A stretch of DNA of 64,000 bases from Camelus ferus (Eukaryota): the NCBI RefSeq assembly GCF_009834535.1, contig NC_045696.1, forward strand, positions 52,640,001 to 52,704,000, given 5' to 3'. Position numbers and translations under genes: made by a program. The notes beneath the pieces were generated by a model. The model saw only the letters and a program-made list of their open reading frames with translations, did not search any database and was not told the origin of the DNA. Positions 1 through 14,014 of this stretch are shown piece by piece. The first letter of the stretch is position 1, and each line of letters opens with the position of its first letter.

Positions 1-429
1 ATTTATGTATGAGGATCTTTTAAGTCAGATTTCAACCAGCCTTTGGTGATAAGGTGATGTCCAGTTATGTTTCTTCTGCTCCTTTACTTTTTCTAAGATC
101 TACAGAGCTGTCCACTTTGATGCTTTGTGCAGATCAACCCCTCCCCTTTTTGGAGCCATTCTCCTCCCACGTTCTGCTCCTTTGTGCCCTAGGAAGCTCC
201 TGTTATGTTACCAAGATCCTTTCTGCTATGTTCAGATCTTTTCTTAAAAAATCCCTCTGCATCTTTGATTAACTAACGCTGGCCCTTTACCTCTGAGATA
301 ACTCTATCTTAATCCCATTGGCTGGCTTCTCTTTTTTTCCAGTGACATTAAGAGGTTGATGGTTGTAGAACTGGATCACTTAATTTCTTTTTTATTTTTA
401 TGTCTGCTCTTCTTGGGTGAAGTGGGCCC

Positions 430-865
430 AAAAAGAGTAGGATGAATGTTGCAGAGAGTGAGGAGATAAGCCCGGCATGGTTAAGTTGGAAAGTAGACTG
501 GAGACATATTAATGCTGTATGATGGAGTCTGAAGTTTTCTTTTGAAGAGAGGGTGATGGATTAAAGGTTTTTACATGAAGAAGCCACACAGAAAAAGCTC
601 TAATTATGAAAAATAATGAGTGGCATGTCTTAAATGGGCTAATGCTAGCAGAGTTTGAGTCAGGGAGATGAGATAACACAAGCTGACCATGGGAAATGGC
701 CATGGGTACAGGCGGAGGGAGATAGACATTTCCAAAGAAGAATATGTAAGATTTTGTGACTTACTAGGTATGGGAGATGAGAGAAAAAACGATGACTGGC
801 ATCTCCGGCTTGGGTTGTGCACAAATGGTGGCTGTGTATTAACAAGTAGAGAATAGAAAAGGACA
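430..865 (-). mobile_element. LINE L2 fragment
   Basis: Purine-rich degenerate antisense L2-like text (e.g. GATTTTGTGACTTACTAGGTATGGGAGATGAGAGA...GCTTGGG...AATGGTGG). Confidence 0.55.
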
Positions 866-1114
866 GAAATAAATCAGCTATAAACTCAGTGGTATTATTT
901 AAGTAAATAATGCCCGTAGGTCTTTCATGGGCAGGGTCTCACATGGATGAGTGGCAGCTTAATGGTACAGGTGTAGGTAGGGCCTCAGGTGACAGATGAT
1001 AAAAATATATCAACTGTCAGCATTTTCACTGAGACTTTCCACATTAATCAGGATTACCACAAAGACCTAGCATAAGAATAGCATAAGAGAACTAACATGA
1101 AAATCAACATCTTT

Positions 1115-1270
1115 CAGTCTAAGGCCAAGTTATGCCACTTACTAGCTGTGGGAGATAGAATATTTCACTTCTCTGAGCCTTAATCTTTCTAATCTGTAAA
1201 ATGGAAAACTAATACTTACCTCGTAGGGTGGTGATAATTGCTAACTAAAAATGTGTGAGGAATTGATTTA
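1115..1270 (+). mobile_element. MIR SINE
   Basis: Core TGCCACTTACTAGCTGTG...CACTTCTCTGAGCCT...ATCTGTAAAATGG...TACTTACCTCGTAGGGTGGTG. Confidence 0.85.
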
Positions 1271-1504
1271 TGAATCACCAGACATAATAGCTGGCTTGAA
1301 GAAATAAAATGGTAGTCTTAGGAGTCATTTAGGCTTTAAAAAGGCGAGCTCCAGAAATAGCAGGACAGGCCCAATATTCTGTAATTAACTGCAGTATCCG
1401 TAATTTTGATGAAACTTGGAAAGGAAACCCATTTAATAATCCAAATGGCTTCATGAGATGGGATGTTACATTCTCATACTTTATGCACTGATGGTGTGTC
1501 TGAG

Positions 1505-1660
1505 ATGGAAGAGGCTTTAAGCATCATAGAGTTTTATTTTTCAGATGATGAGTCTAAGCCTAGAAAGTTGTAAAACTTGCCTGAGGTCACAGAGACCAAT
1601 GGGCATGTGCATGAGAACCCATTCTTCTCAACTTCCAGCTCAGGACTCCTCCACAGGACC
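1505..1660 (-). mobile_element. MIR/MIR3 SINE
   Basis: TTTTCAGATGATGAGTCTAAGCCTAGAAAG...ACTTGCCTGAGGTCACAGAG, antisense MIR core. Confidence 0.75.
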
Positions 1661-2854
1661 TTTCCATTGCTGTTGAAAAAAATACATTTCACTCTGGCCA
1701 AAGAATCATCTTTAAGGGCCTGCTTTATTTATTTAAACTTCATTTTATTTTTAAAATTTTTTTAAGTTTCAGTTTATTGGAGTAAGAATGATATTTGGTC
1801 TGAAACTCATCTTTGCTGGCCTAGATGCTTTACCTAAAACTATATATTCTTTGGTCTTTTCCTAGAAATTAACATTTTTTTCTTTCCTCCCCCTAAGCCC
1901 TCCCCCACCAAAAAAAAAAAAAGTAAAGCAAGGGATGGAAAACTTCTACACATACTTCAAGCACTTCTAAGCCCTGAGGGGAAAAAAACCATAGAAAATT
2001 TACAGTGGTAAGATGGTGGTGTTAGCCAGAGCTTTCTACAGCCCTGCAGTAAAGGAGAACTTGCATTGTGCACAATTTCAAATCCAAAATGACAGGAAAT
2101 TTTCTTTCCCCACTTTTCTTGCCACTCTTCCAACCTGCCATAGTAAATATAAACATTTCATTTTAATTGTTGGGGATCTTTACCCTCTCCATCCCCATGA
2201 TTACCACTTTCCAATCCCTTATCAAGTAAACTCTTGACAGGGGCCATCCTGACATCAGGCTGGGTAAGGAAAGGATGTGTCCTGAGTCCCTTGGTGCCTA
2301 GAAGGGTTCTCAGGTGATTCAGAGAGGGGAACCTTGTGTACCATTCTTGAAAGTGACACATTCATTCAAGCATGTTCTCCTTTGAAAGCTGATGTCTGCT
2401 CTCAGGCTGTGTTAGATGGTGAGTCAGGGACACTGAACTAAACTCTGACTAACTCCTGTTCATACTCCAGAGGCAGGAAGTGTGCCTTCTTTATCTTAGT
2501 ATTCCCTGCTCCTGATTTTCAGTGCCCTGCATGGACAAGTGTACACAACACAACACAGTTACGCGTGTGTTATCTGTATGTGTGTGTGTTTAATTTATTG
2601 AGATATAATTCACATAGCACATGCACAATACAGTTTTGCTGAATAAATAAATTTATTTAAAACCTAGTGGTATTCTTTCAAGCAAGAACATTTATTGAGC
2701 ACTCGCCACCCCTGCCAAATCCTTATCCATTTGCTTGCTGATATTCTTAATAAGGAGTTTGATTTCTTTTCCTAAAATTCTGATATCTATGAAAATACAA
2801 ATATTTCCAAGACTAATAATAAAACAACAAAATTTAATAATAATAACAATAAGG

Positions 2855-3095
2855 TTTAACCTTTAATGAATGTTTATCATGAGCCTATGTTGTGCTAAGC
2901 ATTTTGTGTGCCTCTTCTTATTTTCTCACTACAGCATCACTTTAAGGGAGGCACTATTATTATCTCCATTTTACAGCTGAGGAAACTGAGGCTCAGAGAC
3001 GTCATTTAACTTGTCCAAGGTCAAAGATCTAGTAAGGTGATGAGCAGGGTTTGAATGAAGGTCTGTAGACCCCCAAAGCTCACTTGTTACACTGT
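2855..3095 (-). mobile_element. MIR SINE, near full length
   Basis: ATTATTATCTCCATTTTACAGCTGAGGAAACTGAGGCTCAGAGA...AACTTGTCCAAGGTCA...GGGTTTGAA. Confidence 0.92.
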
Positions 3096-4529
3096 ATCAA
3101 GAACTTTCCAATACTTCTCAAAATGTTCATTTACACTTCAGTGAAAAAAAAAATTTTTAAGTGTGTAAGTATTTATGAAAAAAAAACTTTCTTTGAAGTT
3201 GAAGATACTGATGTTCAAGTTATACCAGAGAAGCAATTGACAAGAAAATATTTGTAGACCTGAAAAAAAAAGAAATAGGATCTCAGTCAAATATTGGTGT
3301 TCTTCACAGATTTACTCTGAACCAGTTGAGATTATGTAGACCGAAACACTTATGGATTTTCTTTCATTGCCTCACTCCAGAATTTTAGGGTACCTGGCAC
3401 AGCTTTGACATGGTCATCTCCAAAGCATTTCTCTGACTGAGAGCCAGCAAGTAAAATTCGTGCAGTTTCTATTAGAAATAGTTTTGATATAAGCATCATA
3501 TAATATTGGAAGTTAAGGATAATAGATGGAAGGAAGAAAGACAATAGATTGAAAGAACAATGTTAATGGCAAATGTACTTTTAAGATTTTTGCAGTATGC
3601 ATCTATTTATATATAAATAAGTATCTAATTTATATATAGTTATATATAATATAGTCTCTATTTAATATATGTATATTTATCTTGCCTGTAATTTTCTGTA
3701 CACCCAAGCAGACTTCTCAACACCAACATAATTTGGACTCACCGGAGAATCCACAGGCTTCACTCTGGAGATGAATGGACTCAGACAACCATATATGGGA
3801 AGAGAGCAAGCACTGCTCCAAGTAAACAGATGGAATTGTTCCCTGAGTATTTTTCCAAAAAGAAAAGATGCAGGGGTAGGAGCCAGAAGAGAATAAGCAC
3901 AGACAGAAGCACAAAGTTCAACGGACTCAAGCTGAGCAGGGGGGGGAGACAGGCGGGTGAGCAGATTCACACCGCCCTCGTCCCTGCTTTCTCCGCACTC
4001 CAGCGGCATCATTGTCCGGCATCATTATCCACAGAACTTCAAAAAATTGCAGACTCCTGGGCCCCACGGTGAACCCAGGCTCGGTGAACCTGAGAAAGTC
4101 ATTTCTTGTTCATGCAACATTGAGTGACCAGAGCGCACTGGAGCTTGGGGAAGCCACTGCATTTTTGGAATATGACAAAGAATGCTGTCTCATTATGTTG
4201 TGAGGGTGAATCTACTTGCTGCATAATGTGTGGCAGGTGAATGATTGTTTGCAGTGTCTTCATCTTTAAAACTCAGGTACCTAGTGCTCGCTCCTATGAC
4301 AAAGGAAAGGGAGATAAAGCAATTGGAGCATCTTGGTAGGAATAAACAATACAGATACAACAGGAGCTCTACATTTTACTTATGTAAACCAAAAATATAG
4401 GCTATGTTTTGCCTGCTTTTACTGGTTTCCTAGAACTCTGTACCTGAGAGGAGGTGGTGGAGACTTGGCAGGGGTGGGGCGGTGTGGTATTTCTTCTCAC
4501 AAAGTAGAGTATCCACAGGATCCCTGCCT

Positions 4530-4692
4530 CAGTTCTCAGTGTATGGGAGGGGGTTGTTAAAAATACAGGTTCTCAGGCCCCACTCTACACCTGTGGTATC
4601 ATAATCTCTGAGTTATGGGGTCTGGGTATTTGATTTTTAACAAGTTCCCCCAGAAGAGTCTTACGCACAATGAATTTTAAGAACTAGTACTC
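4530..4692. mobile_element. MER5-type hAT-Charlie DNA transposon
   Basis: TTGTTAAAAATACAGGTTCTCAGGCCCCAC...AATCTCTG...TTTTAACAAGTTCCCC...TTTTAAGAACTAGT. Confidence 0.8.
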
Positions 4693-6669
4693 TGACCTGT
4701 AAGTCAGAAACAGGAATGGAAATACATTCATCATTGTAGCCTTTCAGTGTATTGAATGTAATAGGTGACCAAATACCGTCTGTTGAAGTAAATGATGACT
4801 GGAAGAAAGAAATTATTTCATCCTTGATCCTTCTAGTAGCATGTTTTCATAATCAGAGGCCTTGGTAGGTTGTGTGTGGGGTGGGTAAGGCAAGCATTAA
4901 GCCATACCTCCTGATGAGGAGGGAGCTTTATACACAGAAAATGCCCCTTTCAAAATGATGCAGAAAGACTTTTAAGAAAAGCCACTGGGGAGCTAATTAA
5001 AGAGCCAGAGGCAGACAGGCTGCTGAATTGGGTCTTTGGTAAGCCACTGAAATCAAGGAAGAAAATCGTAGACCAAGAATAGCCGTGAAAAAGCCTGAGG
5101 CTGGGGAGATACACGCTGATAGCAAAAGGTCAGAGGACAGATCATGGGCAATAAACCGGTAGCTACAAGGGACAAGGCAACCATACGTACATCCAGCTTC
5201 TATCCAGAGTGCGAGAGAAGACTGGAACTGGAGACACTTCTGAATTTACCTTTAGTGAACCTTGTGGGGTGGGGGTGCGGTGTGTGTGGTTTGGTGGGTG
5301 ATGTCAATGGAGCAGAAGAGTTAGCTGAGCAGGAAAGTGCAGAACTCAGGGACTCCCTAGTTTTAAAAGGACTTTCACAATTTGTGGGTTTGGTCCCTTT
5401 GAACAAACACCTGAGGCTTCCGCAGGGCAAAGTAAAAACAAGCCTCCCTGAAGAGTTAATTGTTACAAATTGCTTCTTACTATGATCATATAATTAAACT
5501 TTCTGTTCTAATGTTGTTTGTTTAAGCCACATCACAGTGTAGCCCCTAGTGAACTATGTTCCACGCTGGCTGTTACACACATGTCCCCATGTGCTTTAAT
5601 CTTTTCCAAGAAAATAATTCCTTTCTTTTAAGTTAAGTGGAGACTTCAGACAAACCAACTTTAGCAGGAAGAACTTTGGAGATTTCCCAGGAGTGAGTGG
5701 TATAGTTGCTAAAACTTCACGGGTCAAGAGCCGTACAAACGGCAGGAGACCCTGTGACAGTCTGATCTGGCATATTGCTTCACCCACAGCTTCACACGAT
5801 GTTGTAGGAGCAGAGCCAGAGTGGATGATGTAATTACTCTGAAATAGTCAATGGCGTCCCAGCTTTCTTCCTCTGCACTACGCTAATGGATCATCCTTGA
5901 CCTCAATTCTCTAAAACCCTCGAATAGCATGAAAGAAACCCTAGAAAGGGGTAGGGCTTCCCCAGAATTCCTTTAAAATGCAAACAATCTGGCCCAGTCC
6001 TTCAGAAACCACACAGATTATAGCCAACTACTGCCAAATAAAGCAACAAATCCCTCTAATTAGAAAGGCCAATTAAAGAATTCAAAGGGAAATGGAGAAT
6101 CCCTTATCATTGAAGATGAAGGGTATCTTCTCTCTTTAAAATGTTAATCATCTGTGAGGTATTGTCCCAGGATAAGGACCCTCAGGGCCACTTATGACCA
6201 GCATTGTGGCAGAGAGTGGGTGACCCAGCAGACACAACTTGAACGAGACAGGGCAATCCAAATCCACTGGCTGTGTGCTCTTTTCTCTTTTTTGCTGCTT
6301 ATCTCAGGCTCAAAATTTTTGCTCAGTCTTCTGAACCAATAGCTCACATAAACTACTGCTTTCCTATGGATAGTAGGGTAGTAGATGATGAAAAGGAAGA
6401 TAGGTTAGGCAAACTGTGACCTGTTGACAGTCAAATGAAGAGCTTGATAATGAAACAAACATAGGTAAGTGCACGTGTCCCCAGTATAGTGCAGATTCCT
6501 AACTCGTATTTCCAACTTAGGACTTAAGGAGATCCTTTCTATTCAATCCACTTAAGTTCTTAAGCAGGGGAAAAGTACTACATTGTCTTATAAGGAATAT
6601 GCAAAGGAAATGTATCCATCTAAGATCCTAGAATGACGCTGACTTCTGTCTTTGATCTACTTTTTTTAT

Positions 6670-6925
6670 CAGCTCATATTTATTGAACAGTTTACTGAGT
6701 ACCAAGCATTGGTCTATGCACTCTCCCCGAATTCTTTCATTTTCTCCTCATGATGACTTTTTGAGGTAAGTACTTATGATCATTTTCTTCTGGCAAATGA
6801 GAAAACTGAAGCCTAGAGAGGTTAAGTAATTTGCCTAAGGGTGAAAATCTAGTAAGCAGCAGAGAGACAGGACTTGTACCTGGGGCAGTCAGATCCCCAG
6901 CAGGATCTCCTAATCAGTTAGTACA
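6670..6925 (-). mobile_element. MIR SINE
   Basis: ATTTATTGAACAGTTTACT...GCAAATGAGAAAACTGAAGCCTAGAGAGGTTAAGTAATTTGCCTAAGG. Confidence 0.88.
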
Positions 6926-7394
6926 CCCTGCTACCCTTGGTGAAATTGCCTTTGCAACATGTTTGTTAACGATAAAGTCACATCCTTACATAAAATATTC
7001 ATGTTATTATTATTAAAATCCATTTAGTTCTCTGATTCATTGAGATGATATAATAGACCTATTAAAATTTAGCATATGTGAAAGTGTGGAACAAATCAAC
7101 ATATTTCTAGTGATAATATATCTTCTCTAATCTCAATCATTGAAGAATAGAAGATCTGACTGTGATTTCTTCTTATTTTTCATGTATCTATAAAAACTAA
7201 AATAGACTCATTTGACCTATGCACTATAATTTTATTACAACCTAATGAAAATTTTAAAATGTACAGTTAAGGATAACAAGACAGACAAGAAATATAAACA
7301 AAGCAGTTTATAACATTATTTAATGCTTTCCCTAAATCATTTGAATGTTTCTGCATGAAGTCATAATGATATGCTCTTCTTTGAGATAAATTGC

Positions 7395-7562
7395 TTGTTT
7401 TTCTTGATTTTGAGATGCAAATTTTTTCACATCTTAATGTTTTTGAAATTAGTAGATGCCTTATAATCAATGTGAATATTTAATATAGAATACTTTATCC
7501 TCCTTCCACCATCCAAGAAGCTGTTATTAAAGCTATCATGTATCTTAGAATCTTAAAATAGA
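7395..7562. mobile_element. MER104-like TcMar-Tc2 DNA transposon
   Basis: TTCTTGATTTTGAGATGCAAATTTTTTCACATCTTAATGTTTTTGAAATTAGTAGATGCCTTATAATCAATG ... TGTATCTTAGAATC resembles the MER104 ends. Confidence 0.6.
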
Positions 7563-7719
7563 AGAAGTTCGTAGTACTTTACATTCTTAAGATCTGTAAC
7601 ACTATGTCAGTCAATATAGAATGCCCACTGTTTTGTTCAGTGGACACAGTTAGCTTTGCCCTAACTGGCAGTTTAAACATCACAGAAAAAACACTGAATA
7701 TCTTTCAAAGCCTATGTTT

Positions 7720-8945
7720 GAAAATGTGATTGTATGCCTACATTTGGAATTTTAAGTACTCATCTTTCACTAAAAGGGACTCTACAGTTGATTCCAGGAC
7801 TGGGAGAGAGAAAATCCAGGGTGAACTAAGAACACCTTGCTGTGCTACAAATAAAGAAATGATGACAAAATGATAAGGACATGTCAAATGGATACAAGAG
7901 CCAACTTGTAAGGGCTCCATCTAATCAAATATGTGACAATTTGTGCTTGCAACTAGATAATTAGAGTAATTTTTATAAGCCACTGAATAAAATAACCTAT
8001 AAGTCCATATTGATAATAAATTAATACATAAATAACAGATGATAAGAGGAAGCTCTTCTTACAATAGAATGTTACATCGTAAATGTAGAAAGAATGGTAG
8101 CATTTAAAAATCACCATTTTGCAGTCATCCATAGAAATCAGTTGAGTATATCATCATGGGATGCTATAATGACTGATGAAAGCTGGATAAGAAACAGTAT
8201 ATTTATATAGTCTCAAAGTATCTTCCCACAGACTCCTTGTTAATATCAAGGGGAAAATGGTAAGCCTACAATGAGGAAACGTGACACAGAGCACTTCAAC
8301 CAGGTGATGTGTTAATATCACCAACGACGGGACAGCCTGACATCATGTGTCTCCTGATGTGATGCATGTGAAAGGGCACAGCATTTCTTACATGTCACAC
8401 CTACTGAAAATGGATAACCTACAAGGAAATACCAGACAGATTCCAAACAGTTACTCTGTACTCTTCAAAATGTCAATGTTGTAAAAGACAATGAAAGCCT
8501 GAGAAACTATTCCAGATTAAAATAAACTAAAGAAGCCTGACAACTAAAAGAAATGTGTTATCTTGTATTGGATTCTGAGTTGGGCATGGGGTGGGGAGGA
8601 TTGCTATAATGGACATTACAGGGACAACTGATAAAATTTAATAGTGAACCTTTTATTAGATAATAGTAATATATGAATATTAAACAGCCTCAACTAAATA
8701 ATTGTACTGTTTATATAAGAGCATGCCCTTATTCTTAAGAAAAATCGAAATATTTAGGGGTAAAGAGACATGATTTCTACAAATACTTTCAAATGGTTCA
8801 GGATAATAATACATATCACGTGGGGAGAGAAAGCAAAGTAGCATAGGGTTAACAATTGGTAAATTTGGATTAAGAGAATACAGGAGTTATTTTTATTATT
8901 CTTGAAACTCATCTGTAAATTTAAAATTATTTCAAAATAATTAAA
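7720..8945 (+). mobile_element. Old L1 3' UTR (L1MC4-like)
   Basis: Blocks CTCTTCAAAATGTCAATGTTGTAAAAGACAA...CTGAGAAACTATTCCAGATTAA, ATTTAGGGGTAAAGAGACATGAT, and terminal TTCTTGAAACT..TCTGTAAATTTAAAATTATTTCAAAATAA. Confidence 0.8.
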
Positions 8946-10904
8946 ATAGCTAAAAATAGTTTAAAAATTTTTTTATCTATTTTGTGTTCCATTTGAATGT
9001 GTTTTTTTTACAGTAAATTTTGAAGCATTGTGGTCAATGGATCTTTGATAGAGTCCAGGCTGGAAACTTGAAGCAAATGAGTAGTAAATAAGTAAATTTA
9101 ATGTGTAAGTTGATGGTCAGCCTCAGGTTTCAAAAAGGGTTCTTGTAAAAAAAAAGTTGTTAGATGAAGGAAATCTGTTTAGAAAGATTTTATATAGGAC
9201 CTTGAATTCTTATTGTATGATTGTTCTTATTATCTGCTTTTGGAATTAAAAAAAAAAAAAGAAAGAACCATTTTGAAATTTAAAGAATTTAAAAAGTAAG
9301 TAAAACAACTGAAATGTTAGATGGTATAAATGCCAAGCAAAATGGGATAAAGTTCCTTGTAATGTCATTTGTTAATAAGCCAGTACACTGAAAAGCAGAG
9401 TGTGGATCCTGGAATGTATTTGTCTCTAAGAAAAAAGACTTTTTTTTTTAACAACTTTCCCCATGTAGAACCAGGATTAAATTAAGCATGCATTGATAAC
9501 AGTTGAGTTATACATTGGTACCTTATTATATCATGTATTTATATTTCTTCAAAATACATGAACTTATATACCTCCAAGTAACCTATCATTTTTTTTTATA
9601 CTATCTCATCTGTCTTCTGGTTAGTCTTTTGTATACTGTCACTTTTCTGGTTAGTTCACAGTTTAATTCCGTTCTCGTGATACAGTTTAATTTTAAGAAA
9701 AACCAAAGTTGACTTTAGCAAGTACTATGGTCTAGGCCCTCAATTATTCATGATCATAGTCCATGGAGCCATGATGGTAAATATACCATCATTATCTAAG
9801 AGAAAGTTACCTGATTTGTATGAAAGTTGCAAAGCAGTTTGCTTTGGAATCCAAATCTACAAAACCAGGAGTTGGGGGTGGGGAGGGGGCATGGGAAATG
9901 CCATTGATGTCTACTGCGTGTCTCCTACATGTCTACTGCATGTCCTGCTTTCTCTAGTACATGTTTCTGGGTCACAGTCATTTTTAATTAAAATCTTGAA
10001 AGACTAATGCTGATATATACAGAAAGATTGCCTTTTTGGTTCTTCTTGATAAATAACGACTATGGTGGTGTCCTCTGAAAGCTTTGAAGCAACTTTTTTT
10101 GTATAATAATGTGTAAGTTTATAGAAATGTGTTCCCCTGCTACCCTCTTGGTAAAACCATTTAGAGCTGCAGTTTTCTTATCTGAATGTTTGGACTCCTA
10201 AGAATATCAAAATGCTTGTTAGGCTAATGAGGCTAACCTTGACATAGGCATTAATTAGGCCTGAATTAAGGAACCTCAAATTACAAAATCATCGATCCAC
10301 AAGCAGTTATTGAGTACAGACTCTGTGGTCAACACAGCTGCTCCAGGAGAAACACAGTTAAAGTAGCTCCTGTGCACTCCCGGAACTCAGCTCTACCTGG
10401 AAGATAATGGAGTCGTGGAAGCAGCTTCAACACAGGCAGTGTCTTCTAGGGGATGGTAGAGGGCAAAGATCAGTGGGCAGCAGGGCCATCTCTCCCTGCT
10501 GCCATGGGACCCAGCCCCGCTGTTCAGGGAAAGCCAAAGACCACAGCAGCCCTCTCATACCGCAAATGTGAACCCAAACTCAGAGAGGGTATTATTTGGT
10601 AAGATGCACGTAATATAATTCCATCTCCTGCTTTTTCTGATATGAATGGAAAATTAATTGTTTCTTAGCTTCTTAAAGCAGCTGGCGGGGAGGGCAAAGG
10701 GGACAAATGGCAGAATGGGTTCTCATTAGTTACAGCGATGACCCTTAATCACTGATGAACTCAATTTTCTGACTGTAAAGGTGAGGATAAAACTACATGA
10801 CTTGCATTTTCTACCTGGTGGTTGGATTAGGAGAGTCGTATGAAACTTATGTGAAAATACTTTGAAAACAATTAAGTACTATAAAAAAATGTAGACGATT
10901 ATCA

Positions 10905-11135
10905 ATAACATCTGACATTTATTAAGTACTTATTGTGTGCCAGGCATTGTGCTGGCAATTTATATTCATTACCTCAGTTACCCTTCCACAACCCTCTGAG
11001 GCAGGTACTCTTACCAACATTGCAGTGAGGAAGACACTGAGGTTTACAGTGATAAATGGCATAAGAGTAAGTGCCCCAGAGAGATCTCAGGCTCAGGTGA
11101 CCTGATTCAAGAATCCCCACTTAATCACTCTCCTT
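10905..11135 (-). mobile_element. MIR SINE (a + strand MIR remnant lies just left, about 10735-10890)
   Basis: ACATTTATTAAGTACTTATTGTGTGCCAGGCATTGTGCT...CTTCCACAACCCTCTGAGGCAGGTACT...CACTGAGGTTTACAG. Confidence 0.8.
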
Positions 11136-12254
11136 ACCAGTTCTCAATTATTATGGGAGAAGCCAAAACAGATGTGTGACCATTGTCTACAGCAGACTCT
11201 GCCCACTCACCTAATAGCGCCCAGGTTTAGGCTCAGGGTCAGTGTGGAGATAAAACCGTGCATCTTGCTGGGGGAGCCAGGAATGCATGGAGAAGGCAAG
11301 TCCTGGGGAAAAGAACATTTCTCAGGAGACTCACTAAATCCCTTTGCCTTATGTATGCACAGGCATGCACATTCCAGGCCTGGGTATTTAACCAAGCTAA
11401 TTTCAAACTAATATTCAAGGCTTGCAGCGAAGGCACTGATTAATCTATTAGCTGCGTGTGGTAACAAGCTGAGAAATTATTGTTTCAGCTGCTCTCTTCC
11501 TGCTCAGAAGCCCACAGGGCTGCCCCACATTGTTCTCTTCATAGTATGGGTTGAATGGAAGTCCCCAAGTCAGTGAACAGGGCCACTTAGGGACACAGTT
11601 TCAGGCCCAAGCAAGGAGAAGCGGGAAGATGGCAGCTGACTCTGGGGACCTAGGCTTCTGTTTATAAAGGTGAATCGGAATGTTGCTCTAGCTCACCACT
11701 GCTTCTTACCCAAAGCCTGATGCCGCGAGGGAAAGGGGAGATGAGGTTGGCAAATAGAACCTTAGAGAAAATGTGCTTATGTATTGTGCAGGAGCAGGAA
11801 GGAGGGGAGGAAGGTGGACCGCAAGGGAGGGGCTCTGTCTTGGTTGCTGCAGTGAGTGGTAGGGTTTCTGGCCAATGGAGCCTGGCTGGCACCAAGAAAG
11901 CTTCTCCCTCATGATGTTCCTTCATCCTCACCTGTAACATCTCTTGTTCCAGGCCCCAACAGGAACTCGCAATCAGGTGGAATTGTGTGCTGGCAGAAGA
12001 AGCAGCGGCTAGAGATGAAAGTCACTATGCAACAAGATAAATGCCTCAATGCTGTCCAATTTGGACGAGAAATCTCTGCAGATTCTGGGCAGGCTAGCCT
12101 GAACAGCAGAAACACATCAACTATGTTATCCTGCCTTGCCCTTCCTGACCCCTTCCAGAGGAGTAGGACAACAGAGGTGATAGAAGACTCCAACTTCTCT
12201 CCTACAAGCCAGGTATCCTTCCAAACACATCCTGAAGCTCATTGCCCTTTGGTT

Positions 12255-12480
12255 TGTTGTGTGTTAGGCTCTGCCAGTCACTCAGCAGACATCATCTTAC
12301 ATAATCCTCACAAAGCTTCTAAGAAATAGGTATTATTATCTCTCCTCCTGCTTTTCTTTTTACAGATAAGGAAATTAAGGCTCAGAGTCAGTAACTTGCA
12401 GAAGGTCATACAGATGCACAGAACTAAAGTTGGGGTTAGAACCCATTTTGTCCAACTCCAGAGCTTGGACACTTACCCCC
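12255..12480 (-). mobile_element. MIR SINE
   Basis: AATCCTCACAA...TAGGTATTATTATC...TTTTACAGATAAGGAAATTAAGGCTCAGAG..AGTAACTTGC..AAGGTCATACAG. Confidence 0.85.
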
Positions 12481-14014
12481 ACCATTCCTGCTGAACTGCC
12501 ACACCTTGAGGTTGTCCCAGGGGAGGAGAGGGAGTGTGGAGTTTGGCTCTGGGGATCTCAGGTTGTGTGCATGTGTGGGTGCATGTACACCTGTGTGCTC
12601 CTGTGTGTGGTAGGTGTACACACATGAGCTCATTTCTATTCCCTTTTCTCTCTCCCTCTCAGCCCCTCCTCTCTGCTCTCTTATATTCCTTTTACCCACC
12701 TTGCCAGTTTTCTTTTTCTCAGTTCTCTTGTCACCTGCCTGAGAAATTAATTCACACACATGTGTTAGAAATTTAGCCATTTAACTCTTCCTTGAATATT
12801 CACATGTTAAGAGAAAATAAAGGGTGAGACACTGATAAAAAAAAAATACACCAGTCCTTCAAGCAGGAGGGGGTGCAGATGTTTTTCTAGGAGGAGAGGA
12901 AGTGACATTTTGGGGACCATGAATGTCATGCCTGGCACAGAATGGGGAAACACAAGAATTCACAAGCACTTAGACTAACATCAGAGGCACATGTATTAGA
13001 GGAGAGAAGAGAGACCAGCCTGATTCTCCTTGAGATTGCCCAAATAAGCACATTTGGGGTCTCCAAAAGGAGAATCCTCCTGGGCCTTAAGGAGCAAGGA
13101 CCTCCTAGTGTTACTATGACCCTGACCAGGCTAGGCTGGGCCAGGAGAATGAGCATGGGATCTCCCTGACAGTGCCTCTCCAGGCCACCACCAGCCCAGG
13201 GAAGGCAGGCCCGGCTTCTGTGCATGTGTCAGCCATCCCATGGCAGCCCTGATGCACACGCTCAGGGTTTCTGTGGTATCCAAGCAGAAGAATCTGTACT
13301 ATAAGCTTTGGAGGAGAAGGGTGGAACTAGAGTATCACCACGGTAACATCCTTCGTGGCATCATTTTTACCCTAGTCCAAGCCCATCCCTAATGCAGCCA
13401 TTTTTAGGTCTATAGCCTTACACAGAGAAGGCCACACGGGCACAGTGCAGATTTATTATGTAAGACGCTTAGTTGGTCTCTTCTCTCTCCTTCAATGCAT
13501 ATGCCTCTGATGTTGGTCTGAGTGTTTATGTTTGCCTGTTCTCTTCCGTTAAAGCAGATCTGGTCATGGTCTTTGTTTCCTTTTGAACAACCACCCCTCC
13601 TCCCCAAACAGAGCATAATAAACCCAGTAAGGACTAGAACTTTTGGTAATTTTGTCAACTACTGTATTCCCAGTCCCTGGAGCTATGCCTGTACATAGTA
13701 AGTGCTCAATAAATATTTGTTTCATGAGGGAAAGAATGTATTATAGATTTATCAAAAAGTCTGTAGCTTAGCTTTAATATCCAGATACCCATTGGCATTT
13801 GGCCAAATATTCCTAGTAAAGCACCTGAAATTCCCATTTCTGGGCCACACATTGGGCACAACTGCAAATATATTGCTTAGTCAAGTTAATGCACAGAACA
13901 GGAGGTGACCTATCTAGGAGATCAACTTTCCCTTCCTGGAAATTTTTACCCAGATCTTAGCTATCTTACTTTCTGAATTTTCTGATAAGAATCATAGTGT
14001 TAAAATACACTTTG

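Noticed and set aside
10735..11135. Inverted MIR pair as a dsRNA hairpin
   Set aside because: The copies are too diverged for extended pairing and the region is intergenic.
11662..12780. Several overlapping ORFs up to 157 aa
   Set aside because: No recognisable homology; they overlap a MIR and low-complexity tracts, and the lengths are within chance expectation.
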